Below are positions 44,919 through 55,792 of a DNA stretch of 64,000 bases, in pieces. Numbering within the stretch: position 1 is the stretch's first letter; the number at the start of each line of letters is the position of its first letter. Under the pieces are notes generated by a model. The model saw only the letters and a program-made list of their open reading frames with translations, searched no databases and was not told where the DNA came from. The translations under genes and the position numbers were made by a program. This DNA comes from an uncultured Gemmatimonadales bacterium (lineage in GTDB: Bacteria; Gemmatimonadota; Gemmatimonadetes; Gemmatimonadales; GWC2-71-9), in the NCBI GenBank assembly GCA_963842945.1, contig CAWJIM010000002.1, forward strand, positions 32,001-96,000. The letters run 5' to 3'.

Positions 44919-45834
44919 CTACGGTTCCCGGGTTCGGTCAAGTTCAGACGTGGCTGCGTCTTCCGGTGGAATCTCCCATCCTTCATCGAGCGCGGCCCGG
45001 CGCGGCAGGTCGGCAGCGCGACGGCGGCGCAGCAGGATCCAGAGGACCAGCGTGAGGACCCCCCACCCTCCCCCGGCCAGGATCCAGTTGGCCAGGCTGT
45101 ACCGCTGGCGAAGGCTTCGGCGCCATTCGACATCGAATTGAGGGACGGTTAGCCCGGTCGTGCGCTGCACAGCAATCTCGAAGTCCTGGCCCGCTCTAAG
45201 GAGGTCCAGCAGTGGAGTGAGCGAACGGGTGGGATTTCGGCGCGCGAGCTCGGTGACGGCCGAGGCCGCCAGGGCGTACGCGGCATCCGCCGTTGAGGCA
45301 GAGCCTCGAAGCGCCCCATCCAGACCGGGAAGATCGGGCACCGCTCCCCGGACCACGGCCAGGTTCAACTCGAGGCTACCCAGCCGCTCCCATTCGCCCG
45401 CTGCCCAGGCCGCATACCCCTCATCAAACCAGAGCGGGACTCTGACCCGTACAGCCTCATGAAGGGCCAGATGGGCCAGCTCGTGCCGCAAGGTTCGGTA
45501 GACGTCTCCCAGATCGGCCCGAAGGAGCACGATGCGCTCCCCCGGCAACGCCACCGCTGCGCCCCAGCCCGGCGCCCGGCCGGCAGAAAGAGAGTCGAGG
45601 CGTCGTGCATCGGGTACCACAATCAGCCGAAGGGGTCCGGGACTGCGGCGCCCCAGGCCGGGCCACTCAGTTGGCTCGGCCGCCCGGCGAGCGAGATCGG
45701 TAGCCAGCCGCAACTGCTCGGGCCAGGCCACAGCAGTAACGGGTCCAACCCGGATAGCTGTCGGTGGGTTCTGCGCGGGCGTGCCCGCCAGGATACTGAG
45801 TAGGACTAGGAGAGCGGACTGCGCGGGACTTCAC
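44919..45834 (-). CDS. Exported zinc metallopeptidase (peptidase MA-like) with a C-terminal TM (frameshift ~45815)
   Basis: HELAH followed by PLWFDEGYA (gluzincin pattern); hydrophobic signal segment in frame upstream of the ORF; GGAG-GTG start at 45834. Confidence 0.8.
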
Positions 45835-46672
45835 CTCCGGCCGATGCAACCTCCAACATTTCCTGACACCGCTTGGCCCAGGGATTGAACTTGTTGGCTT
45901 TGTATCCGTCGGTCCAGACTCGAACGGCGCCTTCCCGCTCTCCGCCCAGCCAGAGAGCGCGACCCAGCTCGAAATAGGCCTCGATGAGGTTGGGGCCGAG
46001 CTTCAGAGTCTTGCGGAGAAAGGTCTGGGCATCTTCGTACATCTCCCGCTCCAGGTACACCAGACCGAGATAATAGTGAGCGTACAAGGTGGCCTTGCGG
46101 TCATTGTCCAGTCGAATGGCTTTGGACAGATGCTCGATGGCCTCCCCGAAGATCCCTTTCTTGAGACAAATATATCCGACGTTGATCCGGGCGAGCGCGT
46201 TGGCCGGTTCCTTCATCAGAACTTTGGAGAAGTTTCCCAGTGCCTCATCGTAGTTCTCGTTCAGCATCTGTGCCCAGCCCAGGAGCGATGTCGCGTGGAC
46301 CGCGCCGGGCGAAAGCGCCAGGGCCTTTTCCAGAGCCTGAATGGCACCACCATAATCGCCCAATGAGATCAGGCTCCAGCCCTTCTCGATATAGGTCGAG
46401 GCCCCCAGGTGGTCGGCGTGAACTGCGGGCCGCTCGCCGGTAAACTGTGGAGCCGCCGTGGCGTCGGCTCCGTTTGCCGTTTGCTTGTAGCGCTCGACCA
46501 GCTCCCGAATGCCTTCCTTGATCTGCCCCAGGTCCGTCAGGGCGCCGTCCACCCGCTTGAACAGAGAGATGATGTCCTTCTTCAGAGTATCCCGTTCACC
46601 ACCCGGTGCGTCCAGGCGGGCGGCCATTTCCGTCAGCTCCGCCTTGAAGGCGGTGAGCCAGGCTTGGGCCAT
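45806..46672 (-). CDS. Coiled-coil plus TPR protein
   Basis: N-terminal heptad segment followed by about five TPRs. Confidence 0.85.
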   Translation of the reverse strand: MAQAWLTAFKAELTEMAARLDAPGGERDTLKKDIISLFKRVDGALTDLGQIKEGIRELVERYKQTANGADATAAPQFTGERPAVHADHLGASTYIEKGWSLISLGDYGGAIQALEKALALSPGAVHATSLLGWAQMLNENYDEALGNFSKVLMKEPANALARINVGYICLKKGIFGEAIEHLSKAIRLDNDRKATLYAHYYLGLVYLEREMYEDAQTFLRKTLKLGPNLIEAYFELGRALWLGGEREGAVRVWTDGYKANKFNPWAKRCQEMLEVASAGGEVPRSPLS

Positions 46673-47137
46673 CTACGCCGCCCCGAGCTCGCTCAGCGCC
46701 AACCGCTCGCTGGAGGAGAGCAGCTTGCGGGCGTTGAGCAGGATGATGGTGCGCTCCGGCCGGGAGATAATTCCGGAGATGTACGCCGCTGCCAGGCCAC
46801 TCACCACCGGGCCGGGCGGCGCGATGGCAGTACTGTCCACCCGCAGCACCTCGCGCACCTCATCTACCAGCACGGCCACCCGCTGCTTCTCCAGCTCCAG
46901 CACCATGACCCGCGTTTCCTCCCGTATCGGTGCATCCAGCTCGAAGCGTTTGCGCAAGTCAATTACGGGTACGGCGGTGTCGCCGTACGGCATCACGCCT
47001 TCGAGGAACTGGGGTGCCTTGGGGAGCGGAGACGGGGGTGAGTAGCGGAGAATACGCTCCACCTGCAGGATGTCGAAGGCGAATTCCTGGCGTCCCACCC
47101 TGAAGGTTACTACCTGCACATCGTCGCCAGTGTTCAT
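46673..47137 (-). CDS. cheW: CheW coupling protein
   Basis: VVTFRVG.QEFA..I..V.RI, PKAPQFLEGV and PVIDLRKRF. Confidence 0.92.
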   Translation of the reverse strand: MNTGDDVQVVTFRVGRQEFAFDILQVERILRYSPPSPLPKAPQFLEGVMPYGDTAVPVIDLRKRFELDAPIREETRVMVLELEKQRVAVLVDEVREVLRVDSTAIAPPGPVVSGLAAAYISGIISRPERTIILLNARKLLSSSERLALSELGAA

Positions 47138-47565
47138 GATGCAGAGGCCTCCGTCAAACGTGAGCTCAGCGCGGGCAAGTCGAGCAGCGGCACCAATGTT
47201 TCCGCATGGCGCGCCACTCCCACAGCCCAGGGCAGCGTCTCCCCAGGGGGAACCGGCAGCGCCCGCTCCCGAACCAGCACCTCTGCCTCGTCCACCTCGA
47301 GACAGACGCGGCGGCCGGCAATGTTCACCACTACCCCGACATTTCCAGAGCCGACCGGAGTCGGCCGGCCTTCCAGCAGTGACGCGAGGTGAACCAGCGG
47401 CAGCATGCGGCCATGAAGCGCGACCAGGCCGCGGACGGCGGCCTCCCTGACCGGTACAGGATGGACCTCACTCAATTGGATTACCTCCACCACCTGCTCG
47501 ACCAGGAGGCCTACGCGGCGTTGGCCGACGCGAACCAGAAGAAATCCGCTTGTACGTGCACTCAT
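47134..47565 (-). CDS. cheW: CheW-like protein
   Basis: [34 protein letters not shown] and LLDL. Confidence 0.85.
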   Translation of the reverse strand: MSARTSGFLLVRVGQRRVGLLVEQVVEVIQLSEVHPVPVREAAVRGLVALHGRMLPLVHLASLLEGRPTPVGSGNVGVVVNIAGRRVCLEVDEAEVLVRERALPVPPGETLPWAVGVARHAETLVPLLDLPALSSRLTEASAS

Positions 47566-48638
47566 TGATGCTTCAACCGGTACAGCTCGGTGGCAATGCG
47601 GTCCGCCATCTGGGCCATGGGCACGACGTACTGAGCTCCTCCGGCGTGGAACGCCGCCCCCGGCATACCATAGATGGTGGCGCTCTCCCGATCCTGAGCC
47701 ATTCCAGTTCCCCCGGCGTCACGAATCTGCCTCAGGCCTTCTGCTCCATCCCGACCGATTCCGGTCAGCACCACGCCGATCGCTCGTGGTCCAAACACCC
47801 GGGCCACGCTTCCGAAGGTGGGATCGGCGGCTGGACGGACGCCCCAGACCGGTGGCTCCTGATCCAGGGCGAGACAGAGCCCGCCGGCTGCTGGACTCAC
47901 CCGCATGTGAAAACCGCCCGGCGCCACATAGGCGGTGTCGGCCAGCAGCGGCATACGGTCTTCTGCTTCGACCACCCTGCAGCGACTCTGTGCGGCCAAC
48001 CGCTCGGCCAGGCTTCTGGTGAACTTGGGCGGCATATGCTGCACGATCAGAATGGCCGCTCCCTGGCCAACCGGCAGGTGAGGCACCAGGAGAGACAAGG
48101 CGCGGGGCCCCCCGGTCGATGCCGCGATGGCCACACACAGTCTTGCCTCACCAGGGGCTTCGACCGCCTGGCCGGCAGGCCAAGTCGGCGGTGGCGCCGC
48201 TGCCTGAGTCAATCGCTTGATGTCGGCGGTCCGGGCGGCGCGCAGGACCGTGATGAGCCGGTCGGCGAAGCGGGCGTTGGCGGCCACACCGCGATCGTCC
48301 TCTTTGACCACCAGATCGATGGCACCCAACTCGAGCGCGCGGATCGCAGCCGAGGCGCCCGGCCCGACGTGAGCGCTGACCACGACGATGGGCCGCGGTG
48401 ACTCCGCCATGATGTACCCGATCGCGCCGAGCCCGTCGACTTCCGGCATTTCCAGATCCATCAGCACGAGGTCTGGAGCGTGCGCCCGAACCTTCCGTAG
48501 CGCATCCATGCCATCGCGCGCGGTGGCCACGACCCGGAACTCGCCGGACCCCTCTACCACGTCGGTGAGAAGTCGCCGGAAGAATGGACTATCGTCCACC
48601 ACGAGGACCCGGCCGGGATCAGAGGTGCCGGACGCCAT
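47562..48638 (-). CDS. cheB: Chemotaxis methylesterase CheB (REC plus catalytic domain)
   Basis: [30 protein letters not shown] and IYGMP; Ser-His-Asp triad present. Confidence 0.95.
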   Translation of the reverse strand: MASGTSDPGRVLVVDDSPFFRRLLTDVVEGSGEFRVVATARDGMDALRKVRAHAPDLVLMDLEMPEVDGLGAIGYIMAESPRPIVVVSAHVGPGASAAIRALELGAIDLVVKEDDRGVAANARFADRLITVLRAARTADIKRLTQAAAPPPTWPAGQAVEAPGEARLCVAIAASTGGPRALSLLVPHLPVGQGAAILIVQHMPPKFTRSLAERLAAQSRCRVVEAEDRMPLLADTAYVAPGGFHMRVSPAAGGLCLALDQEPPVWGVRPAADPTFGSVARVFGPRAIGVVLTGIGRDGAEGLRQIRDAGGTGMAQDRESATIYGMPGAAFHAGGAQYVVPMAQMADRIATELYRLKHQ

Positions 48639-49107
48639 GCGCCACCGTGCTCACCTCGACCAGGCCATCGGCCACCCGCAGCCGCACCGTTCGGCCGAAA
48701 TCGCCTCCAACAGCTTCCCCAACCAACGGCAGGTTGTGCGACATGAGTGCCTGGCGCGTCGCGGCCAGATTGCGCTCGCCCATCTGAATGGTGCCGGGCG
48801 GAGCCAGTGCCGCGAACATGCTGGCGCCTCCGGCCAACCGGGCCGTGATGCGCCGGGGCTGAGCTCCCTTGGCCGACATCAGGTGCAGCAGCCGGGGTAC
48901 AGCTGATTGAGGGAACCGGGCCGGATTGCCGTCATCCCGGGCCAACGCCGGCGAGGGGAGAAGCACGTGCGCCAATCCGCCCACCCTGGCCTCGGCGTCG
49001 TGCAGAACGATGGCGACGCAGCTCCCCAGTCCGACCGTCAGGAGCGTGTCCTCCCCTTGCCCGACGCCCAGATCCGCTACCCGGACCACCACCTCACGGC
49101 CGCTCAC
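48619..49107 (-). CDS. cheD: Chemoreceptor glutamine deamidase CheD
   Basis: [28 protein letters not shown] and [11 protein letters not shown] start at 49107. Confidence 0.95.
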   Translation of the reverse strand: MSGREVVVRVADLGVGQGEDTLLTVGLGSCVAIVLHDAEARVGGLAHVLLPSPALARDDGNPARFPQSAVPRLLHLMSAKGAQPRRITARLAGGASMFAALAPPGTIQMGERNLAATRQALMSHNLPLVGEAVGGDFGRTVRLRVADGLVEVSTVAHGVRHL

Positions 49108-49925
49108 GCTGCCCGCCGGTAGATTCGCTCGCGCGCGTCCAACAGTGTCAGCAGGTCTCGGGCTCGTCCCGACAGCGATTCCACCTTGCCCAGAACCAGG
49201 AACCCTCCGGGCGCCAGCGCCTCGGCAAAGTCGAGAAAGACCCGCTCCTGCATGGCTCGGCCGAAGTAGATGACCACATTCCGGCAGAAAATCAGCTGAT
49301 AACTGCGTCGAGGAGCCGGATCGATGCAAAGATCGGAGGCCCGAACCACCACCCTGCGACGGACCCGCTCGATCACCCGGTACTCGGAACCCCGCTCTTC
49401 GAAGTACCGGCGGGCCAGCGACGCCGGCACGTCAGCGAGAGCCTCGCGGGGATATCGAGCTTCGTGCGCCCGGGCCAGACACTGGGCGTCGACGTCGGTC
49501 GCGTCCACCGTCACCCGATCGAGGTGCTCTCCTCTGCCCTGCTGATCCAGGAATTCGGCCATCAGCGTGGCGAGGGTGTACGCTTCTTCCCCGGAGGAGC
49601 ACCCTGCACTCCATGCCCGCACCGCGGACCAAGTTCCGCTGAACAGTTCGGGGAGGACTCGATTGCGCACCAGATTCCAGGTTTCGGCGTTGCGATAAAA
49701 GCTGGTGACGTTGATCGTGATCGTGGCCTTGAGCCGGGCAGCTTCCGCGGAATCCCGCTCGAGCAGCTCCTGGTATTCCCCGTAGCTCTGTACCCCGCAC
49801 GCGCGCATGCGAACCGCTATGCGCCGCCGGAGACACTTGTCCTTGTAGCCATCGAGCGAGAGCCCGGTGTGGCGGGAGATCCTGCCGATCAGGTCGAGAA
49901 ATGCTTCCTCATCCGGCGGCGTCAT
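49104..49925 (-). CDS. cheR: Chemotaxis methyltransferase CheR
   Basis: YKDKCLRRRI, INVTSFYRN, WSAGCSSGEE, ATDVD and CRNVVIYF. Confidence 0.95.
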   Translation of the reverse strand: MTPPDEEAFLDLIGRISRHTGLSLDGYKDKCLRRRIAVRMRACGVQSYGEYQELLERDSAEAARLKATITINVTSFYRNAETWNLVRNRVLPELFSGTWSAVRAWSAGCSSGEEAYTLATLMAEFLDQQGRGEHLDRVTVDATDVDAQCLARAHEARYPREALADVPASLARRYFEERGSEYRVIERVRRRVVVRASDLCIDPAPRRSYQLIFCRNVVIYFGRAMQERVFLDFAEALAPGGFLVLGKVESLSGRARDLLTLLDARERIYRRAA

Positions 49926-51539
49926 CGGGAGAGGTCCAGCATTTCCAGGTTGGCCCGAGCCAGCTGATGCCCCGGATTGAGCGCGGTGGCCTGGGCCCAG
50001 CTTTCCCGGGCTCGCGCCAGATCGCGCCGTTTGTAGGCGATGTTCCCCAGCTTGAAATAGAGGTCGTCTCCGAGCCCGGGGTTCAGCTTGGCCGCCCGTT
50101 CGTAGGCCTCGCCCGCTTCGTCGTAGCGTCCGGTGCGGTAGAGAATGTCGCCCAGGTTCTTGGAGACCTGCGGCAGTGCGGCATCTTCCGCCAGGGCGGA
50201 GCGAAGCATCGCCTCAGCCGCCTGCGTATCACCGCTGGCCTCCAGGAGCACGGCCAGATTGTTCTGGAGAACCGGATTGTTCGGGTAGGCCTCGACCCCC
50301 TGCCGGGCGATCCGCAAAGCGTTTTCCGTATCGTCCTGTCCGACCGCCGCCAGAGGCGGCCGCCCAATACCACAGCGCCGGCACCGGCTTCCCCTGCATC
50401 AGCTCGCAGGCCTGGGCCAGGCGCGACTGGGCCACCTTGTTGTCTCCCCGCTTCAGTGCCACGATGCTCCAGCCCAGCATGATCCGGGCGTCGTCCTTGG
50501 CTCGCCCGGCGGCGTCTCCGTAGGCCGCCTCGGCCTCATCCAACCGGCCCAGCTGCTCCAGCGCAAAGCCGAGATTATGCAGAGCAGCCGGCCGGGGAAC
50601 TCCGGCTTCGGCCGCCTGACGTAGCGCCAGAGCGGCCTCGTCCCAGCACGCCTGGCGGATGGCGATCAAACCCAGGAACAACGGGGCTCGGCTGTCGGCC
50701 GGACGCAGCTCGACCACCCGCCTGAACTCCCGCAAGGCCTCCTCCAGCATGCCTGCCTTGTAGAACGCAATCCCCAGGTTCCGGTGCTCGTCGACTCGGT
50801 TATCGTTGACCTTTGGAGGCGCCGCCTTGGAGGTTCCCGTCCGATGAGCAAACCCGGCGGTGATCAGACCGAACAGCGCCTTCCCGACCTCGAATTCCAC
50901 CAGCCCGGATGCATCGATCAATTGCCGCACATCGCGGGTCCCGTCGACCAACGGGAGCAGACGCCGCTGCTCGGCGGACAGCGTGGGTCCTGACTCTGCG
51001 ATGTGGTGCTGGTCGACCGAAAAGATCAGATCGAAAGAGGGGATCTTCTTCTCGATCAGGCTCCATTCATCGACCCGACGGGCCCCTTCCAACAGCAGGG
51101 CCTCGGGACTGATTCGAACCAGAAAGTCTTCCCGCTCCGGTTTCACGCCGGCCTCGAAGTTGAAAGTCCCCGAGGTCCAGGTGAACAGGTAGTACACCGC
51201 CTCTTCGATCTGGAGGCGTATGTAGTCCTCCAGCTCGGCCCGGGTCAGCATGCCGAGCCCTACCAGTATTTCTCCCAGCTTGTGCTGCCGGTCTTCGTCC
51301 TGAGCATCGATCGCCTGCTGCAGCTGCGCGGCACTGATGCGCCCCTTGCGAAGCAGGATATCGCCCAGCCGGTCCCGCCGATTGACGATGGAGGCGTAGA
51401 CGATCTGCCCCTCGTCGAGGTAGATCGTGCCGAAATTGTGCTGATCGGCGAGGGCCAGACAGCCGGTCCGCCGGCCGAGGAAGAGCAGCTGGATGACATC
51501 CGGGAGACTGGCCTCCTTGAGGCTGCCTTTGATGGCCAT
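49922..51539 (-). CDS. DUF4388 (PATAN) + MshEN-like + TPR protein (frameshift ~50340)
   Basis: [35 protein letters not shown] and LLLEGARRVDEW; TPRs continue in ORF 49922..50317. Confidence 0.88.
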
Positions 51540-53536
51540 CAGCGCCACTCCTCGATGATGCGCTCACCGACATCAGGCCAGTCCCAAACTATTTTCTCCC
51601 GGCTCTTGAGTCCGCCGGCGACTGCCACCACTCCGCTTGACCGGGTGGAGGACTTCCGGGGTGGTTTGGGTTGCGCTCCCTCGAGCACTTCTCGAGCCAA
51701 AGTCACCGTTGGCGGGCCACCCTGCGCCTCAGCGGCGTTGAGGATTCGCTGAAGCAGGCCGTGCACCGCTCTGATGGACTCTACCGGACGCGAGCCGACA
51801 TAAGCCGCCAACTCGGGATCGACTGTGCCCACCTTGGCCTGCAGCGAACGCTCGACCACCTGCTGGCGAACTTCCCGTTCCGGAGGCGGCAAATCCACCA
51901 CCAGCCCGCCCTCGAGCCGGGTTCGGAGGCGGCCCTCCACGGCCTTCATTTCCGCCAGTGGCACCGCGGACGTGAAGACCATCTGCCGGCCGGATTCGAT
52001 CAGGAAGTTGAACAGGACGAACAGCTCATCCTGGGTTCGATCCTTCTCGGCGACGAGATGGACATCGTCCAACAGAAAGGCCGCGGCACCGCGGTACCGT
52101 GCCCGCCACGCCGGGACGGCGTCGCGATCGATGGCCTCGATCAGCTCTCCGGTGAGCTCATGGGCGCTGAGGCAGGCCACCGGGCCCTTTAACCGCGTTG
52201 CCAAAGCATTCCCCAGAGCGTGCAGCAGGTGCGTCTTGCCCACCCCACTCGCGCCAACAATGACAAGAGGGTTGTAACGACGGGCTGGTTCCCCGGCGAT
52301 GGCCCGAGCGGCCTGCAGCGCCATGCGATTGCCAGGGCTCTCGAAGAGGTCGTCGAGCCGCCAGATCGGAAGCGGAGCCGGCGGGGGATGCGCGCCCTCG
52401 CGGGCACGTTGGGTAACCGCCTCCGCGCCCGCGATGTCCTCCGGATCGCGAAAGGCGCTGGAGCCGGCCAGCGATGGAGCCAGCTCCGAGGCCTCGGCGT
52501 GAAGCGCCTGGAGCCGGCGCACGTCGGACTCGAACTGGCGCAGCACCTCCTCCGGATCCGTGGTCATCTCCCGCTGCAGCAACGTGTCGAGCCGCGCGGT
52601 ACTGAATCCTTCTCCTTCCCATCGGAGAATTGCCGCTGCCACCTTGGTTCGCCACGAATCCACCTGCTGGGCCACCGTGGCGGAGACCTCCGACAGAAAA
52701 TCGCTGAACTCGTCGATACCCTCCGCCTCTGCTTCCTCCTCTGGCTTCTCTGGCTTCTCTGTCTTCTCGACGTCTCCCGCCAGCTTCCCGGTCTTCCGCG
52801 GTTGCTCCTCAACCCGTTCTGCTCCCCCGGCGAGCGCCCGAGCCTGAGCCGGCTTGAGGGGAGTATCACTCACCGCCTGAAAGGCGACCAGCCGATTGAG
52901 CGCGCCGAGCAACTCACGCACGTTGTCGATCACCAGCGATCCTACCGCCTCGAGCACACCCTCACCAAACCTGGCACGCCGTTCCTCCGCTTTCCGCCGG
53001 AGAATGGCCACCCGGGTCTCATAGTCAGGAGCCGCGATATCGATCACCAGGCCGCCGGCAAAGCGGCGGATGAGCCGCTCGTCGAGCGCCTCAATCTCGG
53101 CCGGCGGACGGTCGCTAGTGAGCACGATTTGACGATTGGTGGTCTGCAAGGCGTCACTGAGCCTGAGCAGCTCAGCCTGCATCTCCCGGCGGTGGGTCAG
53201 GAACTGCACATCGTCGACCAGGAGCAGATCGACGTCACTGAACCGGCGGCGGTAGGCCTCACCCTGCCCTGCCGCCACGGCCGCATGGAAGGACTCAACG
53301 AACTCGTCCAGTGTGAGGTATTCGACCGTCAGCCTGGGGTTGATCGCGCGGGCAGCATGCCCGAGGCCCATCAAGAGATGGGTCTTGCCCAGCCCGGGAC
53401 GGGCATAAATAAAGAGCGGGTTGTACACCGTGCCCGGAGATTCCGCGACTGCCTTGGCGGCGGTGAATGCCAAGCGATTGGCCGCACCCACGACCAGCGT
53501 GTCGAAGCGGTAGAGCGGGTTGAGCGTAGCGGTCAC
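51539..53536 (-). CDS. Tandem DnaA/Hda-type AAA+ ATPase-domain protein lacking DnaA domains I and IV
   Basis: Two copies of ..V.G/SPG.NR.A, YNPL, Walker A ([18 protein letters not shown]), Walker B ([14 protein letters not shown]) and RL..R..GGL. Confidence 0.88.
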   Translation of the reverse strand: MTATLNPLYRFDTLVVGAANRLAFTAAKAVAESPGTVYNPLFIYARPGLGKTHLLMGLGHAARAINPRLTVEYLTLDEFVESFHAAVAAGQGEAYRRRFSDVDLLLVDDVQFLTHRREMQAELLRLSDALQTTNRQIVLTSDRPPAEIEALDERLIRRFAGGLVIDIAAPDYETRVAILRRKAEERRARFGEGVLEAVGSLVIDNVRELLGALNRLVAFQAVSDTPLKPAQARALAGGAERVEEQPRKTGKLAGDVEKTEKPEKPEEEAEAEGIDEFSDFLSEVSATVAQQVDSWRTKVAAAILRWEGEGFSTARLDTLLQREMTTDPEEVLRQFESDVRRLQALHAEASELAPSLAGSSAFRDPEDIAGAEAVTQRAREGAHPPPAPLPIWRLDDLFESPGNRMALQAARAIAGEPARRYNPLVIVGASGVGKTHLLHALGNALATRLKGPVACLSAHELTGELIEAIDRDAVPAWRARYRGAAAFLLDDVHLVAEKDRTQDELFVLFNFLIESGRQMVFTSAVPLAEMKAVEGRLRTRLEGGLVVDLPPPEREVRQQVVERSLQAKVGTVDPELAAYVGSRPVESIRAVHGLLQRILNAAEAQGGPPTVTLAREVLEGAQPKPPRKSSTRSSGVVAVAGGLKSREKIVWDWPDVGERIIEEWR

Positions 53537-54135
53537 GCGACGGCGCTCCCCGCGGCCAGACGCTTCAGGACCTGTTCCGATATCCCTTTCAGAGTTTCGA
53601 ACACGCCGGTCCCATGCAAGGCGTCGGCGCTGAAGCTCTGAACCGCGCGGAAGTTCAGGGCGTCATCCATCTCCTCCTGGGTCAGTATCAGGTCGCGCGG
53701 GAGATCCTGCTTGTTGTACTGGAACACCACCGGGAGGTGCCGGATGTCCACGCCCTGCGCCAGCAGATTATCCTGCAGGTTCTGCAGACTCTCCAGATTG
53801 TCGTCGAAGCGGCGAGCCTGGCTGTCGGCTACGAACACCACTCCGTCCGCCCCCTGCAGCACCAGCTTCCGGGTTGCGTTGTAGTAGCTCTGTCCCGGCA
53901 CCGTGTAGAGCTGGAACTTCGTGGTGAAGCCGGATATCGATCCCAGCTCCAGCGGGAGAAAGTCGAAGAACAGGGTGCGGTCGGTCTGGGTAGCCAGCGA
54001 CACCATGCGGCCCCGGCGGGACTCGGGAACGCGGCCATAGACGTACTGCAGATTCGTCGTCTTGCCCGAACGGCCCGGGCCGTAGTAGACGATCTTGCAG
54101 GTGATTTCGCGGGCGGTAAAGTTGACCAGAGACAT
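53533..54135 (-). CDS. mglA: MglA-family small Ras-like GTPase
   Basis: [36 protein letters not shown] and GTGVFETLK. Confidence 0.94.
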   Translation of the reverse strand: MSLVNFTAREITCKIVYYGPGRSGKTTNLQYVYGRVPESRRGRMVSLATQTDRTLFFDFLPLELGSISGFTTKFQLYTVPGQSYYNATRKLVLQGADGVVFVADSQARRFDDNLESLQNLQDNLLAQGVDIRHLPVVFQYNKQDLPRDLILTQEEMDDALNFRAVQSFSADALHGTGVFETLKGISEQVLKRLAAGSAVA

Positions 54136-54138
54136 TCG

Positions 54139-54600
54139 CTACCGTCCAAAGAGTTCTTTGAGGCTCGTGTCCAGCTCACGCTCGAAGTTTTCCGGCAACG
54201 GCTGGTTCTCCGCCGGCTCCCGCGGGGCTGCTTGAACCAGTTCCTCTACCATCTGGTCGAAAAAGAGCTGCACCAGTCCCACCGACGTCTCCGATCCGAA
54301 CACCACCAGACCAATCCACCGTCCCCGCGGCGTGCCGAAGGCGGAGAGCATGCAGCTCTGGCGGTTTCCCCCATGCACCAAAGCAGCAAACCGGGACGCT
54401 CCCATCAATCGAGCAAGCTCTTCGGTCGAAGCCACGATGGCGGCTCCCAGCGCTGCCGCGGTCATCACCTCCACCGACCGGGAGAACCCGTGCTGGGCCA
54501 CCACCTGCCCCGAGGTGGTCATCAGCAGGATCAGCCGGGCGGAGGATTCGGTGATGAAGGTCTGCAGGGGCGCCGCCACCCAGGGCTCGAGCGCGCGCAT
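54139..54600 (-). CDS. mglB: MglB-like Roadblock/LC7 protein with a C-terminal helix
   Basis: LMTTSGQVVAQ, AAALGAA..ASTEELARLMG..F, GLVQL and tail ELDTSLKELFG; directly upstream of mglA. Confidence 0.8.
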   Translation of the reverse strand: MRALEPWVAAPLQTFITESSARLILLMTTSGQVVAQHGFSRSVEVMTAAALGAAIVASTEELARLMGASRFAALVHGGNRQSCMLSAFGTPRGRWIGLVVFGSETSVGLVQLFFDQMVEELVQAAPREPAENQPLPENFERELDTSLKELFGR

Positions 54601-54947
54601 CAGGCCAGGCGACCCACCGCATCCAGCATCTGAACCCGGGCGAGTCCCAGGTTTGCATCGGTCGCCGCAACCGCCACCAGCACCAAATCGTTCCGGCCCG
54701 GTGCCGCCAGAACCGAGCCGTTGTTGCCCCGCAAGTGCACGAAGGTCGGCGCCGGCATGCCGGCCTGCTGCGTGGCGCGATCCAGCCGCTGGACCAGACT
54801 GGCTGCCAGAGCGGCAATCGCCCGGCCGTCGATGCCGTCCATCAGCCTCTCGGCCACCACGAGCCCGTCGGTGCCCGAGATGAGCAGCGAGCCCTTTACT
54901 CCGGGCACCTGAGTGACCCGCTCCAGGGTGACTTGGGCATCACTCAT
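54600..54947 (-). CDS. Roadblock/LC7 protein (MglC-like)
   Basis: VPGVKGSLLISGTDGLVVA, AIAALAASL and ANLGLARVQM. Confidence 0.85.
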   Translation of the reverse strand: MSDAQVTLERVTQVPGVKGSLLISGTDGLVVAERLMDGIDGRAIAALAASLVQRLDRATQQAGMPAPTFVHLRGNNGSVLAAPGRNDLVLVAVAATDANLGLARVQMLDAVGRLA

Positions 54948-55792
54948 GTGTGACTCTCCAGCCAGGCTCGGGCCTCGCGGCCGGCGCGCTCAGCGATCAG
55001 CCCGAGCCGCGCCATCGGTAGAGAGGGATCTCGCACCGCGAGCAGCATCGTGTCCGGCGTGGGTGCCACCAGAAACAGGTTTCCTTCGGGCGACTCCACC
55101 GCGATGGCCTGCCATCCGCCTAGACCGAGCAAGCGGCTCGTCCGATTGGCCTCCTTGGACACTCCGGCCAGCTCAGCAGCCACTCGATCGCCTACATCTT
55201 CGTTGCTCGGACTGAACAGAGTTCCATTCAACCGCAGGCCCTTGCTATCCACCAACATGATGCCGTGATCGCCCCGCCCATTGGCTTCGCTGGTGCCATT
55301 CACGGCGTGAGACACGGGGGTGGGCGGAGCCTCGACCGAGGCGGCCTTGGGTCCGGCCGCTTTTGACGAAGCAGGCCCACTGGCCGGAGCCGCACCGGTT
55401 CCCTTGACCCGCTCAATTGCCTGACCGATAGTGACATCGTCGGGGTCGATCTCGGCGGCGCGGCGGAGATGCTCTAGAGCCGCGGGAATGTCGCCAGCGC
55501 GGAAGTACAGGAAGGCGATGCCCTTCAGGGCGCCGATTCGCATTGGGTCAAACCGCAGCGCTTCGGCCCAGGCATCGAAAGCGCCCGCAAGATCGCCCTG
55601 ATCCCCCAGAATCCTGCCGAGCAGATCGTGAGCGTCAGCCAGGGCGGGATATCGGCTGAGGCCGCCCCGCGTCACCTTGTAGGCGGCGTCGAGCTGCCCT
55701 CGGCGGCGCAGCGCTTCACCCAAATCCAGAAAAGCCAGGCTCGCCGGCTCGTCCGCCAGTCGGGCGGTCAGGGTCTTGATGTCGTCACTCAC
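54944..55792 (-). CDS. TPR + Roadblock/LC7 fusion protein
   Basis: About three TPRs, a Pro/Ala linker, then MLVDSKGLRL..VAAELAG..ARLGLI. Confidence 0.82.
   Translation of the reverse strand: MSDDIKTLTARLADEPASLAFLDLGEALRRRGQLDAAYKVTRGGLSRYPALADAHDLLGRILGDQGDLAGAFDAWAEALRFDPMRIGALKGIAFLYFRAGDIPAALEHLRRAAEIDPDDVTIGQAIERVKGTGAAPASGPASSKAAGPKAASVEAPPTPVSHAVNGTSEANGRGDHGIMLVDSKGLRLNGTLFSPSNEDVGDRVAAELAGVSKEANRTSRLLGLGGWQAIAVESPEGNLFLVAPTPDTMLLAVRDPSLPMARLGLIAERAGREARAWLESHT

Noticed and set aside
51539..53536. Calling this gene dnaA or the region oriC
   Set aside because: No domain I or IV, a duplicated ATPase, no dnaN/recF/gyrB neighbours, and no DnaA-box cluster or AT-rich unwinding region noticed
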